A stretch of DNA of 37,062 nucleotides from Octopus bimaculoides (Eukaryota). A program made the translations under genes and the position numbers. Positions 11,431 to 22,890 of the stretch are shown in pieces (within the stretch, counting starts at the first letter, position 1; the number at the start of each line of letters is the position of its first letter). A model generated the notes under the pieces. The model saw only the letters and a list, made by a program, of their open reading frames with translations, made no database searches and was not told the DNA's origin. The DNA lies in the NCBI RefSeq assembly GCF_001194135.2, contig NC_068982.1:9282763-9319824 (forward strand), in the 5' to 3' direction.

Positions 11431-11629
11431 CTTCGAGATAAGTTTTATGTGAAAATCTTTTGAAAGAACTGCGCTTCTATCTGAGGAAATGTATCCCAAA
11501 TTATTAAAGCCGTTATTTGTGTGAAAACTAGAAAAACCTTGCAGAAGCAAACAGCTTACACAGGAATATGCGATGGAAATATTATTGATCAATGTTGATT
11601 TCCTTCCTCTCTTTAGTATTTTAATGTAC

Positions 11630-11681
11630 CTGGGGCGTTTGTGATGGAACTTTAGATTTGAAATACAGACAAAGCTCAGCG
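11630..11681 (-). CDS. Candidate 52-nt exon (LSFVCISNLKFHHKRP or AELCLYFKSKVPSQTPQ)
   Basis: Acceptor TTCTCTTTATTCCTGAACTGCATACAG| and donor CAG|GTACAT. Confidence 0.2.
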
Positions 11682-11814
11682 CTGTATGCAGTTCAGGAAT
11701 AAAGAGAACATTTTCATATTTCGTGTAAGATCTTGTCTTTAACCTGTGTATTTTATGTGTCCTTCTTGTGATAAAGAAAACTAGGGCTATTGTGTTTGAT
11801 GAAAAACTAGGAAA

Positions 11815-11836
11815 TCTATCTATCTATCAATCTCTG

Positions 11837-11899
<63 letters not shown>

Positions 11900-12002
11900 G
11901 TCCGTCTGTGTGTGTGTGTCTGTCTGTGTCTGTCTGTGTGTCTGTCTGTGTGTCTGTCTGTGTGTCTGTCTGTTTGTCTGTCTGCGTGTCTGTCTGCGTG
12001 TA

Positions 12003-12045
<43 letters not shown>

Positions 12046-12046
12046 A

Positions 12047-12085
<39 letters not shown>

Positions 12086-12147
12086 NNNNNNNNNNNNNNN
12101 NNNNNNNNNNNNNNNNNNNNNNNNNNNNNNNNNNNNNNNNNNNNNNN

Positions 12148-12195
<48 letters not shown>

Positions 12196-12290
12196 CATCT
12201 ATCTCTATGTACGTATGTATACATATATAATACATACATGCGTATGTTTAAATAACTGAGTGTGTGTGTGTGTGTGTTTGTGTGTGTGCG
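11815..12290. repeat. (CTAT)n/(TGTC)n/(CT)n/(TA)n/(TG)n compound microsatellite with gap
   Basis: Direct inspection. Confidence 0.95.
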
Positions 12291-13174
12291 TGTGGGCGCA
12301 CGCTATCCGATTATGAAAAATGATTCATATCACTTTCGTAATATCAGCTGTAACGAAGACTAGCTCACCTTTTATATTCTATATTTCATATGAATTACAT
12401 GATAAATTTATTGAATGACGCAAAATGGGCAAAATCTGGTCATTAATGCAATATCGAGAGAAGTATTAAATAAGACTTCGCTTTTGATTAGCAAAGCTAC
12501 TCATTATTAGTCATTTCATATACGCTTGTCGTTCCATCACTCCTATGTGGAGATCAACAGACACGGAAGCTGAAAGGAAACAGAAATAAAAAATGTATGG
12601 AAATTATATTACTGAAAAAAAAAAAAAAAGAACTGCAAGAACAAAAATAAAAAATATGATTATGATGGCGATAGAAAATGATTATTTATAATTAAATTTT
12701 TTTTCATTTGAATTAATTCCAATTTTTCTTTCTTTAAAATATTCAATTAATTAAAAATTGAATGCAGTAGGCAGAAATTGTACACGTGAAAAATAGGAAG
12801 TTTAGTGGCGCATTTTGGTACGATTATTATAGGATGAGACAAAGTACCTTACGGTATTTCATTGCGATTCTTTGTCAACGAGGATGTCCTTCCTTTTAGG
12901 TCGATAAAATACCAGCCAAGTACTTAATTGATCCCACCACAACTAATAGATTTTAGCGTAAATCACCCTCTCTCTTCATAATTGAAGCTTTGATCATTTC
13001 TTCGTGGTGTGTCTTACGATCGAAAATATGAAAACTAAAAGAAGCAGCACATATGCTAGGACACAACAACCTCTTAAGCAGACAGAGTGCAGATATGAGT
13101 AGCATGCGGGAACAGGTATTAAGGAAAGATAGGAAAATATTAGATTTATAAGCCCTAAAATTCACTCCATAATT

Positions 13175-13397
13175 GCCCACCGGCATATGGCGTAGTGGTT
13201 AAGAGCCCGGGCTACTAACCCCAAGATTCTGAGTTCGATTCCAAGCAGTGACCTGAACAATAATAATATCGAGAAATACCTTCGAAATTTTCTCCAAGAC
13301 ACCTGAAGAAGGCTGGAAAGTATATAATCCGAAACGTTGTGTTAACAACATGAGAACAAATATCCGTCGAATGTAAATTGTTTAAATAATGTACATA
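13175..13397 (+). mobile_element. tRNA-headed SINE carrying a hammerhead-like module
   Basis: A-box TGGCGTAGTGG (13188-13198), B-box GTTCGATTCC (13233-13242), hammerhead core CTGAAGA...GAAACGTT (13303-13338). Confidence 0.7.
13298..13343 (+). ncRNA. Minimal type-I hammerhead ribozyme-like motif (stem II partly decayed)
   Basis: GACAC-CUGAAGA-A-GGCUG...AAUCC-GAA-ACGU-U^GUGUU: stem I GACAC/GUGUU, palindromic stem III. Confidence 0.55.
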
Positions 13398-13407
13398 TAC
13401 CTTTTGT

Positions 13408-13557
13408 TCTGAAAAGCTTTCCTCGTCCCATCGCCATCGCAGCACATTTTGAGAGTCCAAATTCCATCTTCATATCTTTGGAGAAAATCCGCATAGACTG
13501 GACTAGGCTGCCCAGTTCTGCCTCAATTTTTGCGAATAGCTTCGGGTCCTCCATGAA
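13408..13557 (-). mobile_element. R4/Dong-like reverse transcriptase fragment
   Basis: FMEDPKLFAKIEAELGSLVQSMRIFSKDMKMEFGLSKCA resembles YMDDLKL.AK....L..L...V..FS.DI.MEFGL.KCA. Confidence 0.75.
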
Positions 13558-13570
13558 TATCATTATTATT

Positions 13571-13680
13571 TTGCACGCCAGGCGGTATTTCGTCTGTCTT
13601 GATGTTCTGAGTTCAAATTCCACCGTGGTCGACTTTGCTTTTCATTTTTCTGGGGTCGATAAAATAAGTACCAGTTGAGT
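13571..13680 (+). mobile_element. Nin-SINE fragment
   Basis: GAGTTCAAATTCCACCGTGGTCGACTTTGCTTTTCATTTTTCTGGGGTCGATAAAATAAGTACCAG. Confidence 0.85.
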
Positions 13681-13684
13681 ATTA

Positions 13685-14106
13685 GTGTCGAATGTGTCAA
13701 CTTCGATTGGATTTACACATTCTTCCTTTAAGTTCCATATCTTTTTCAGTTCTCTCCCCAGTCTGCTGTAGTCGTCATATTTCCTTCCACCCCTTCACTT
13801 TCTAGTTTTTTGTCCCTGAGGATTGCTATGTCAATAATCCTTTCTACTGAAGGCACAAGGCCTGAAATTTAGGATGGTGGGTACTATTTGATTGCATCGA
13901 CCCCTCCCCGCGCCAATGTTTCTCTAGTACTTAATTTATCGACTCCCAAAAGGAATAAAAGGCGAAGTCAACCTCAGCGGAATTTGAACTCAAAACGTAA
14001 CGGCAGACGATTTACCTCTAAACATTTCGCCCGGCGTCCTAACGATTCTGCCAGCTCGCCGCTTTGATTGCTATGTCAATAATGCCAATTTTTTCTAAAT
14101 ATCTCC
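13685..14106 (-). mobile_element. R4/Dong-like restriction-like endonuclease fragment interrupted by a SINE
   Basis: After removing the SINE and one TSD: KKIGIIDIAI..DKKLESEG..YDDYSRLGRELKKIWNL, resembling IIDIAIP.D....KE.EK..KY..L..E...LW. Confidence 0.6.
13839..14065 (-). mobile_element. Full-length Nin-SINE with 18-bp TSD
   Basis: GATTGCTATGTCAATAAT at 13821-13838 and 14066-14083; head GGCGAGCTGGCAGAATCGTTAG. Confidence 0.9.
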
Positions 14107-14250
14107 NNNNNNNNNNNNNNNNNNNNNNNNNNNNNNNNNNNNNNNNNNNNNNNNNNNNNNNNNNNNNNNNNNNNNNNNNNNNNNNNNNNNNNNNNNNNNN
14201 NNNNNNNNNNNNNNNNNNNNNNNNNNNNNNCCTCCTCCTCCTCCTCCTCC

Positions 14251-14615
14251 TTTGAGCGGCACATCGGGGCAGTCAGCGTTCTCCAATCATCTCCGTCTGT
14301 AGCCAACCGGCGGGTTTCTTCCTAGGCTATGTTCACTCTGTGTAGGTCATCTTCGGAAGTACTTCGCCATGTCTTCCTTGGCCGGCCTCTTTTTCTCTTC
14401 TTACCTTCCAACGGCATCCAGACCATGCCCGTTTTGGCAAGCCTCTCCTCTGGCAGTCTTAGTATGTATCCAGCCATTCTCATTCGTCGTTCGGTTACAA
14501 TTGCATGCAGGGGCCTTATTCTTGCTACTTGGAGAATGACTTCATTTGTCACTTTGTCTCGATAAGTGATTCTTAGGATCTTTCTGAGGCACCGCTGTTG
14601 AAATACGTCGAGTTG
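14251..14615 (-). mobile_element. RTE-clade LINE 3' end
   Basis: DVFQQRCLRKILRITYRDKVTNE...RRMRMAGYILRLPEERLAK...W.P.GKKRKRGRPRKTWRST is a typical RTE C-terminus; followed by a (GGA)n tail. Confidence 0.85.
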
Positions 14616-14954
14616 GGGGCGATTTTTGTTGTCATCTTGTACAGGACCAAAAATATCTGTCTTTCTGTGTTCTATCATTATTGGTTTGTATGTTCAAATT
14701 CCAGAATACTTTAACACTAACATTCTCTATAATTTTTTTGTGGTTTGTGTTTTCGATCATTTGATCTCATAAAAAGCGCCATTATTCTGACAGTTGATGT
14801 TGGATGATCCCGGTCACATTATCATGTCTATGCTCATATTCAGTTATTACTGCTTTTTAACATTGTGGTGTCACATGGAAAAGTGATGCGCCTTCACGCA
14901 AAATCTACACTTTTCTTGTCAATAGATTTTACTTGTCAATATTTTTCTTTGTTT

Positions 14955-15188
14955 TAAGGAGGCGAGCTGGCAGAAACGTTAACACGCCGGGCGAAATGCT
15001 TAGCGGTATTTCGTCTGTCGTTACGTTCTGAGTTCAAATCCCCCCGAGGTCGACTTTGCCTTTCATCTTTTCGGGGTCGATTAAATAAGTACCAGTTACG
15101 CACAGGAGTCGATATAATCGAGTTAATCCTTTTGTCTGTCCTTGTTTGTCCCTTTTATGTTTAGCCCCTTGTGGGCAATGAAGAAATA
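14955..15188 (+). mobile_element. Full-length Nin-SINE with 17-bp TSD
   Basis: AATATTTTTCTTTGTTT at 14938-14954 and 15189-15205. Confidence 0.9.
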
Positions 15189-15205
15189 AATATTTTTCTT
15201 TGTTT

Positions 15206-15317
15206 GAAGGCGGCGCGATGGTAGAATTGTTAGCACGCCGGGGAAAATGATTAACGACATTTCGTTCATCTGAGTTCAAACTCCGCCGAGGCCACTTTAC
15301 CTTTCACCCTTTCGGGG
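15206..15317 (+). mobile_element. Older Nin-SINE running into a gap
   Basis: GAAGGCGGCGCGATGGTAGAATTGTTAGCACGCC...GAGTTCAAACTCCGCCGAGG. Confidence 0.8.
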
Positions 15318-15729
15318 NNNNNNNNNNNNNNNNNNNNNNNNNNNNNNNNNNNNNNNNNNNNNNNNNNNNNNNNNNNNNNNNNNNNNNNNNNNNNNNNNNN
15401 NNNNNNNNNNNNNNNNNNNNNNNNNNNNNNNNNNNNNNNNNNNNNNNNNNNNNNNNNNNNNNNNNNNNNNNNNNNNNNNNNNNNNNNNNNNNNNNNNNNN
15501 NTCAATTTGTAATGAAACGTCATCCTGAACTGCAAATATCAATCTTTTCGTTCCTTTCTTTAGAATGCCTTTTAGCCATTTCTTGTAAAATTTTGCTTTT
15601 CACACTTGCTTTCTTTGATCGTTTCTCATTTCCCCCATATCGTCACACATGGTCTCTACATATTGCAACGGGAGTTTTTGCATGATTGCATTTATCAGTC
15701 TCCCATTGGATATTGTAACAGGACGCCGG

Positions 15730-15905
15730 TCAGTCGTTCGGTTAACTTTTTTAACTTCGGCTGGAACTCATTCACAGTTGAGTGAACTGGAACAATGGGA
15801 AATGGATTCTTCAGCCACAGAACACAACGCATTGTCCGGTCCAGGAATCAACATAGCAATTTTTGTGACTGAGAGTGCATCAGCTTAATCACTAAACCAC
15901 ACGCA
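15730..15905 (-). mobile_element. Diverged SINE with V/Meta-like core
   Basis: CTCATTCACAGTTGAGTGAACTGGAACAATGGGAAATG resembles the reverse-complement core at 3835-3895. Confidence 0.55.
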
Positions 15906-15964
15906 CTGGCTATCCATGAGAGAGCAAACAATAATTATATACCTGTACCTTTGAAAAGATGATA

Positions 15965-16045
15965 CCGGCTTCGAAGAGCCGTTCGAAGAGCTTTTGCTGT
16001 GAAAAGCTATAAATACGAGGCGAAGAAACGAGAATATAATGTAAC
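15965..16045 (+). promoter_or_regulatory. Putative TATA-box core promoter (or LTR-like promoter)
   Basis: TATAAATA at 16008-16015 preceded by two short inverted repeats and a TTCGAAGAGC direct repeat, followed by a CAA-rich leader-like tract. Confidence 0.25.
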
Positions 16046-16274
16046 GGAGACCAGCAAAGGCAGCAACAAGAACAACAATATCCAGTTCTCAGAGTAACAA
16101 CACTATTCAGAACTCGAGAATATCTGGAGCTAGAGACAAGTGAACAAACACCTCATCTCGTAACAGTAACGAGCCGCAACACCACTCCACTGTCCTGCAA
16201 CGAGAAGAAAATAATTAGTTTTAGACTTACTGTAGCTGATATATATTAAAGCGTGAAAGTTCAAACGTCATGAA

Positions 16275-16275
16275 C

Positions 16276-16337
<62 letters not shown>

Positions 16338-16355
16338 TGCTGTTGTTGATGATCA
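16275..16355. repeat. (TAG)n trinucleotide repeat
   Basis: Direct inspection. Confidence 0.95.
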
Positions 16356-16811
16356 TGATGTCTATCACCATATCAGCACCACTTCAGCAGGCCGGTGATG
16401 AAAGCCACTTCATCCGTAACCGTCTGTTCTATCTCACTCCGGCCTCCATCATTCAAATTTCTTCTTTGTTAAGAAAGTAATAAGTGGAGTGTGGTTGTTT
16501 AGCTGCTATTTCCAGCAGGCCGGACTTCTGCAAAGTGTCTCCCTGGAGTAAACTATATTGCAGCAGTGTATCAGAATGCTATTATAATATTCCTGTTTGA
16601 AAAATGTGGGGAGATATTCGTAACAGGAATGACTTAAAGCAACTAGAAATATAATCAATAACATTATGACATAGTCATTATTCACATTATCATTAGTGTC
16701 AATGTCTTCTAGCAATACATACACACATACATACATACATACATACACACATACGTATACACATACATACACACATCTGCAGTGGCTGAGCCTCTACTTA
16801 TTGGCGCGAAC

Positions 16812-16900
16812 CTCCAGAAATAGTAATGAGATCTTATTCAAAATCACACCTCACCAGCTTTGAGAAAGAACACGTTAGATAACGTGGTTCGAGGTTGCCT
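16812..16900 (+). repeat. Interspersed repeat fragment (AGAAATAGCAG...AAATCAC family; also ~16488-16520 -, ~18660-18700 -, ~36003-36100 +)
   Basis: Mutual similarity of four loci in the window. Confidence 0.45.
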
Positions 16901-17309
16901 TCACATTGTGGAAAATGGGATACAATAACCACGGTTGAGAAATGTCTTTGATCAGACGCCCGCAATATCAGACGCGAGCTCGGGTTGAACAACAGCGATA
17001 AAAAGAGCAGCCTGTAGCCGTTGTAGTATGTTAATAGGATGTTACATACCATTTTGGGTGGGGGGAAGTAATTCACATCGTTAATTACATTAACAGGAAG
17101 AAACAAAAGAGTCTCAACATGGCTGATAGATTTGCTAGAAGTAGCTTTCAAATTCCCCTCTTAGAAAGAAAAAAAAAAGTAGCATGAAGTAAAACAGTGG
17201 TAGATTTAAATAACCCTAAAAAGGAGAAGGATTGCGTTTGGAAACTTGTTTCCTCAATCAGGTTTGACAGGGGACGAAAGAACAACGACAAGGGCACAAA
17301 TAAATACAA

Positions 17310-17612
<303 letters not shown>

Positions 17613-17752
17613 ATTAAATCCTTGTCATAAAGAGATTAGCCATTTATATGTATTTTAAATATATTTCAGTTTATATTGAAATGTCGCAATAACGGCGTCG
17701 TTGTTTATTTGTTTTCAACAGTACAATCAATGGACTTCGATTGTGTGTGTAT

Positions 17753-17790
<38 letters not shown>

Positions 17791-18351
17791 ATGTGTGTGT
17801 GGCTGCGTGTGGCTGTGTGTGGCTGGGTGTGAGTGAATTTCAATGTATGTATCTATAAAAGAAAAGCGAAACAGGAATGCTTGTTCATAAATTATTTATT
17901 TACGCTATCTGTGTTTCATTAACAATGAAAGATATCGGTCATATAAGGAAAACTTTATAAGCAGATTATATTATCAAATCTTCGGAGATTGTGTAACTCT
18001 CCTTCATAAGGTTTAGGGTTAATTCAAAGAAGCCGAATGGCCAGAGGAATACATTTAGACAAATACAGATGTGACTAATACCAAACAAGATGAATTGATG
18101 ATTTACTGAAATGAATGTTTCATCGAAAAAATCTGTGACCGAACAGCTAGCAGCAACTGTAACGGGACTCTGAATAATAAATGGGAATACTTTGTGACAA
18201 TCGACGATGCTCGGAATTAATATGGCATCAACAAAGATGCAAACCGATTTTTGTGGTGATAGGAAAATTGTAGCCATTTGTCTCAGCCTAAATAGGCATC
18301 ATGAATATCACCCACATATGTATACGTGCGTATATGTATGTATTCGTATGT

Positions 18352-18389
<38 letters not shown>

Positions 18390-19465
18390 TTCAAATTACG
18401 ACAAACGTAAACAAACAAACGAAGTTTGCTTTTAGAAGAGTTGAGATGTCTTAGAAAGTTAAAGAAGTGATTTTTAAATTCTCAATCGCAGGATAATGCT
18501 AATAATGTAGCCTAAACAGGATAAACTACCCCTATTTTGCAGAAGAAAGCAGAGTATTTTATCACTAAGCCAGAAACCTTCGATCTGGGATTAACCATTC
18601 ATTTTTTGCTAATTACTTTGTTCATTTAAATGTTCACCTGTGCTATATAAATACATGAAGTGGTTTTAGAGTCAATTTTGACTGCTATTTCGGGCATGGT
18701 GGTACCTCTTCATTAGCCTTAGTTATAGGGGACTAATGCTCTTAGCGTAGACTTTTTAGGGGCAACCAGATCGAAGCATCACAAGTGTAACTCCCCGAAA
18801 TGGTCGTGACTTCTGTAACTTGACTGAGGAAAGAAAGACGAATGACCCGTCTGTCCTTTGCCTGTCCTTCTAATTGTTATTTCAGTTGTCCACCTTTGTA
18901 TAGTCTGTCTGTCGAATGTTTTAATGTTCTCTATTGCGTTTTTGTTCCATATATATATATATATATATATATCTTAGACGTGCTTTCGCAGTCTCCTCTA
19001 AGAATTTCAGCTCGCAAAATATCGATCAACAGGAGGCTCTAGAAAACTTTCTTGACGACGTTGCTGTGTAGTGGAATTGAAACCAGCACCATTTGGCTGC
19101 GATGTAAATTTATGTATGTCGTGTCTGTATTTTCGTATACAAAGGAATATATTGGTGATTTTGATAGCAATTTTTGTTCTTCTAGTGAGAATGATAATTT
19201 TTTTTTTCCTGTTTGCCCCAGGTTAGAACTAATCGAGATGACCTTTTGACCACCTGCCTTCCAACTGTGGTCCTTAACGATTCTGCCGGTTCGCCGCCTT
19301 CTTTTTTATTTCCAATGCAGTAGAGTGTGATATGAAAAGGATCTGATTGTTTTTCTAATGATGCGAGCGACCATATAGAGGCGGCTACTTCGCTAATTCG
19401 TACACCCTTGCCTCCGCCAATGCCACCAATTCCACCTCCTCCGCTGTTGTGCTACTGCTAATCTC

Positions 19466-19902
19466 AATAATGGTTTCAAATTTTGTCATAAGGGCAGAAA
19501 GTTTCTGGAAAAGGATGATTCAATTACATCGACCCCAGTAGTCAACTGGTACTCAATTTATCGACCCCAAAAGGATGAAAGGCAAAGACGACCTCGGTGG
19601 AATTTGAACTCAGAGCGTAGTGGCAGACGAAATACCACTAAGCATTTCGCCCGGCGTGCTAGCGTTTCTTGTTTCTTTATTGCCCACAAGGGGCAAAACA
19701 CAGAGGGGACAAACAAGGGCAGACAAAGGGACTAATTCGATTACATCGACCCCAGTGTTTCACTGGTACTTAACTTATCGACCCCGAAAGGATCAAGGGC
19801 AAAGTTGATGTTGGTGGAATTTGATCTCAGAACATAACGACGGGTAAAATGCCACTAATCATTTCGTCCAGCGCGCTAACGACTCTGCTAACTTGTCGCC
19901 TT
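19466..19902 (-). mobile_element. Nin-SINE dimer
   Basis: Head at ~19902, junction at ~19667, terminal tail ...AAAATTTGAAACCATTATT at 19466. Confidence 0.85.
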
Positions 19903-19903
19903 A

Positions 19904-19904
19904 A

Positions 19905-19981
<77 letters not shown>

Positions 19982-19996
19982 ATAATAATAATAATA

Positions 19997-20028
<32 letters not shown>

Positions 20029-20035
20029 GATGGTT
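19904..20035. repeat. (TAC)n(AAT)n(GAT)n trinucleotide tract
   Basis: Direct inspection. Confidence 0.95.
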
Positions 20036-20349
20036 GTATTAGCTAGTTGTGTTAGGTGTATGGTGCCTGCTACTTTAACCTAAATGAATTTTATTATAAT
20101 CCTAATAAAGTACGTGATCGATTAGGAAATGTAGAATGAAAATCCAAAATTATGAAAGACTAGAATAAATAAAATGGTAATAAAACTGAAGTTATAAGAA
20201 TGTTATTGAAATGTACTGAAACGGAGACTTCTTTTCTGCTATTTATAAAGTGGCCCGCTAGGAATTCATCTTCATGTGGGTTGAAGAACAAAATTAAGAT
20301 AATTGATAATTTTTCCCCCTTCAAAACGGGAAAGGTACCTTTTTTTCGG

Positions 20350-20363
20350 TCGTCATCGTCGTC

Positions 20364-20399
<36 letters not shown>

Positions 20400-20470
20400 C
20401 TCCTCCTCCTCCTCCTCCTACTACTACTACTCATTGTCGTCATCATCGTCACGATGATGATGATGATGAT
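20350..20470. repeat. (CGT)n(CCT)n(TAC)n(GAT)n tract
   Basis: Direct inspection. Confidence 0.95.
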
Positions 20471-21269
20471 GCATTATATTATAAAGACGGCCTTGCACCT
20501 ATTTCTGCTTCAGAAAGGTGAAAGTGCGGCTGTGTCGTTCGGCATTTCGTTTTACAGTTATGTAGGTTTGGGGCTTGAATTTGCCGGGTAGTACAGGTAT
20601 GAAAAGTACCATGCCATAGCCTCTTATTAACCAATATCATGCTACTTGAATTCTAAGTACAAATGCTTGCTATATAAACAATAATGACATTTTTTTCTTC
20701 TTCTGAATGCCATTTAAGCGAACCTGTATTTTTATGACTGAACTTAGGGGGGGAAAAAAAAAAAAAGAAAAACAAAACAAACACGCCTCAACACTATAAC
20801 GTGTTTCATTTTACGCTTCGATTAATTATGTTTATAAGATCTTGACATTTTTTTTTTAATCGTGAAAGAATATTAATTGGTTGATCGTAGCCCCAAGGAA
20901 CTAAGTACTTTAATAACAGCATTGAGTTTTTAATATCCCTTTGTACATTGTAATTCTTAGAGCTGGTTATAAATTGTTTTCTGCATTCGGCAACTGAAAT
21001 TTCGCGTGCATTCAAGTGGCAATGATTTCGCAGAGCCAAGAGTGAAGCATTCATGCCGAAGTCATCGCATCCAAATACTGATGTTCTTTTTTTTGTCCAG
21101 TATCATTTTAACTGTTTCTTACACTTGATTATATATTTTTTTTCATTTTTCCTCACTATATTAAGTAAGGTAACTCGTAATTAAAAATATGTTTCCATGC
21201 GGAAAGCATTCTACAATTCATTATTTTAATATACCTAACCGGTGAATGTTCTTTTTTTCCCCCATCCAG

Positions 21270-21300
21270 AATAGAGTTTCAGAGTCATCCTTTGCAACTA
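21270..21300 (+). CDS. Candidate 31-nt micro-exon (IEFQSHPLQL or NRVSESSFAT)
   Basis: Acceptor CTTTTTTTCCCCCATCCAG| and donor CTA|GTAAGT. Confidence 0.3.
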
Positions 21301-21370
21301 GTAAGTCCTGGAAAGAATATATTTTACTGACAAGATGAATAAGATGGAAAAAATTTCGAAGTTGTCACCA

Positions 21371-22000
21371 CTGGGGTCGATGTAATCGACTCAACCCTTT
21401 CGCTAAGAATTTTCAAGGTCTTGTGCCGAGAGTAGAAATAATTATTGATATCAGCAGTAAAGCGGTGAGCTGGCAGAATCGTTAGCACGCTGGGCGTAAT
21501 GCCCAGCAGTATTTCGTCTGTCTTTACGTTCTGAGTTCAAATTCCGCCGAGGTCAATTTAGCCTTTCATCCTTTCGGGGTCAATAAATTAAGTACCAATT
21601 ACGCACTGGAGTCGATGTAATCAACTTAATCCATGTTTGTCCCCACTGTGTTTAGCCCCTTGTGGGCAATAAAGAAATAAGAAACGTTAGCACGCCGGGC
21701 GAGGATCTTAGCGGTATTCTGTCTGTTTTTACGTTCTGAGTTCAAATTCCGCCGAGGTCGACTTTGCCTTGCATCCTTTCGGGGTCGATAAATTAAGTAC
21801 CAGTTACGCACTGGGGTCGATGTAATCGACTTAATCCCTTTGTCTGTCTTTGTTTGTGCCCTCTATGTTTCGTCCCTTGTGGGCAATAAAGAAATAAGAA
21901 ACGCTAGCACGCCGAGCGAAATGATTAGCGGTATTTCGTCTGTCGATAAGTTCTGAGTCCAAATTCCGCCGAGGTCGACTTTGCCATTCATCCTTTCGGA
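21371..22000 (+). mobile_element. Nin-SINE cluster: 3' fragment (21371-21446) followed by a trimer (21461-22000, unit ~217 bp)
   Basis: Junctions AAGAAATAAG|AAACG(T/C)TAGC at 21681/21682 and 21898/21899. Confidence 0.9.
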
Positions 22001-22179
22001 GTTGCTATTCAGTTTTTTAATCATTTACATTCCGCTGCTGTTTCCCCGGCCGTTCTTGAGAGGAATTACTATGAACATTAATGATTTTCCTTTTAATTTC
22101 GTGTTTAATTTTAATTGGTTTCCCGTATTTTGTGTTCATTATCCAATGTTTGCCCCTCCACCCAACTACTAATTCTCTT

Positions 22180-22330
22180 CTAATATAGGTACAAGGCCCG
22201 AAATTTTGGGGAAGGGAGCCAGGTGATTAGATCGACCCCAGTACGCGACTGGTACTTCATTTATTGAACCTGAAAGGATGAAACGCAGAGTCGACCTCGG
22301 CGGAATTTGAACTCAAAAGGTAAAGACAGA
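22180..22330 (-). mobile_element. Nin-SINE, 5'-truncated
   Basis: GATGAAACGCAGAGTCGACCTCGGCGGAATTTGAACTC. Confidence 0.8.
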
Positions 22331-22359
22331 TGAAACTTCATTTGAAACATTGAAGCGGT

Positions 22360-22660
22360 ACTCCATCGATTACGATGACGAGGGTTCCAGTTAATCTTAT
22401 CAATGAAACAGCCTGCTCGTGAAATTAATGTGCAAGTAGTGGCTGAGTACTCCACAGACACGCATACCTTTAACCTAGTTCTTAAGGAAACGCAGCATGA
22501 CAGAATGTGACAAGGTTGGTCCCTTTGAATTACAGGTACTACTCATTTTTGCCAGCTTAGTGCACTGCAGTAACGTGAATTTAAGTATCGTGCCCAAGGA
22601 CACAATGCGTCTCCAGGAATCGAACTCACATCCTTACGATGTTAGCCACTGAGCCACGTA
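22360..22660 (-). mobile_element. SINE of the 3685/9769 family
   Basis: ACAGCCTGCTCGTGAAATTAA...GGCTGAGTACTCCACAGACAC. Confidence 0.75.
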
Positions 22661-22667
22661 ATTCACT

Positions 22668-22890
22668 GAAATATTAGCTTCAAATTTTGACACAAGGCCA
22701 GCAATTTGGTAATAAGGGCTAACACGATTATATCGAACCCAGTGCTCGATGGTACTTATTCTATCGACCCCCGAAATGATGACAAGCAAAGTCAACTTCA
22801 CTGGAATTTGAACCCAGACGTAAAGACGGACGAAATGTTACTAAGCATTGCGCCCAGCGTTTTAACGTTTCTGCCACGGCGCCGCCTGAC
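22668..22890 (-). mobile_element. Nin-SINE
   Basis: GGTACTTATTCTATCGACCCC...GGAATTTGAACCCAG; tail AATATTAGCTTCAAATTTTG. Confidence 0.8.

Noticed and set aside
12369-12569. Minus-strand coding exon with strong acceptor and GTGAGC donor
   Set aside because: Stops in all three frames; could only be a UTR or lncRNA exon, which cannot be supported here
13181-13253. tRNA gene
   Set aside because: A/B boxes are present but acceptor and T stems do not close; it is continuous with a SINE body
15969-15996. Heat-shock element
   Set aside because: TTC and GAA are not spaced as nTTCnnGAAn
16834-17151. 105-aa minus-strand ORF with GTGAGG donor
   Set aside because: The donor lies within an interspersed repeat fragment and the peptide is unrecognisable
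20558-20596. 39-nt + strand coding exon with good splice sites
   Set aside because: Stops in all three frames
21461-22000. CRISPR-like or satellite array
   Set aside because: Units are ~217-bp SINE copies with no unique spacers; eukaryotic context
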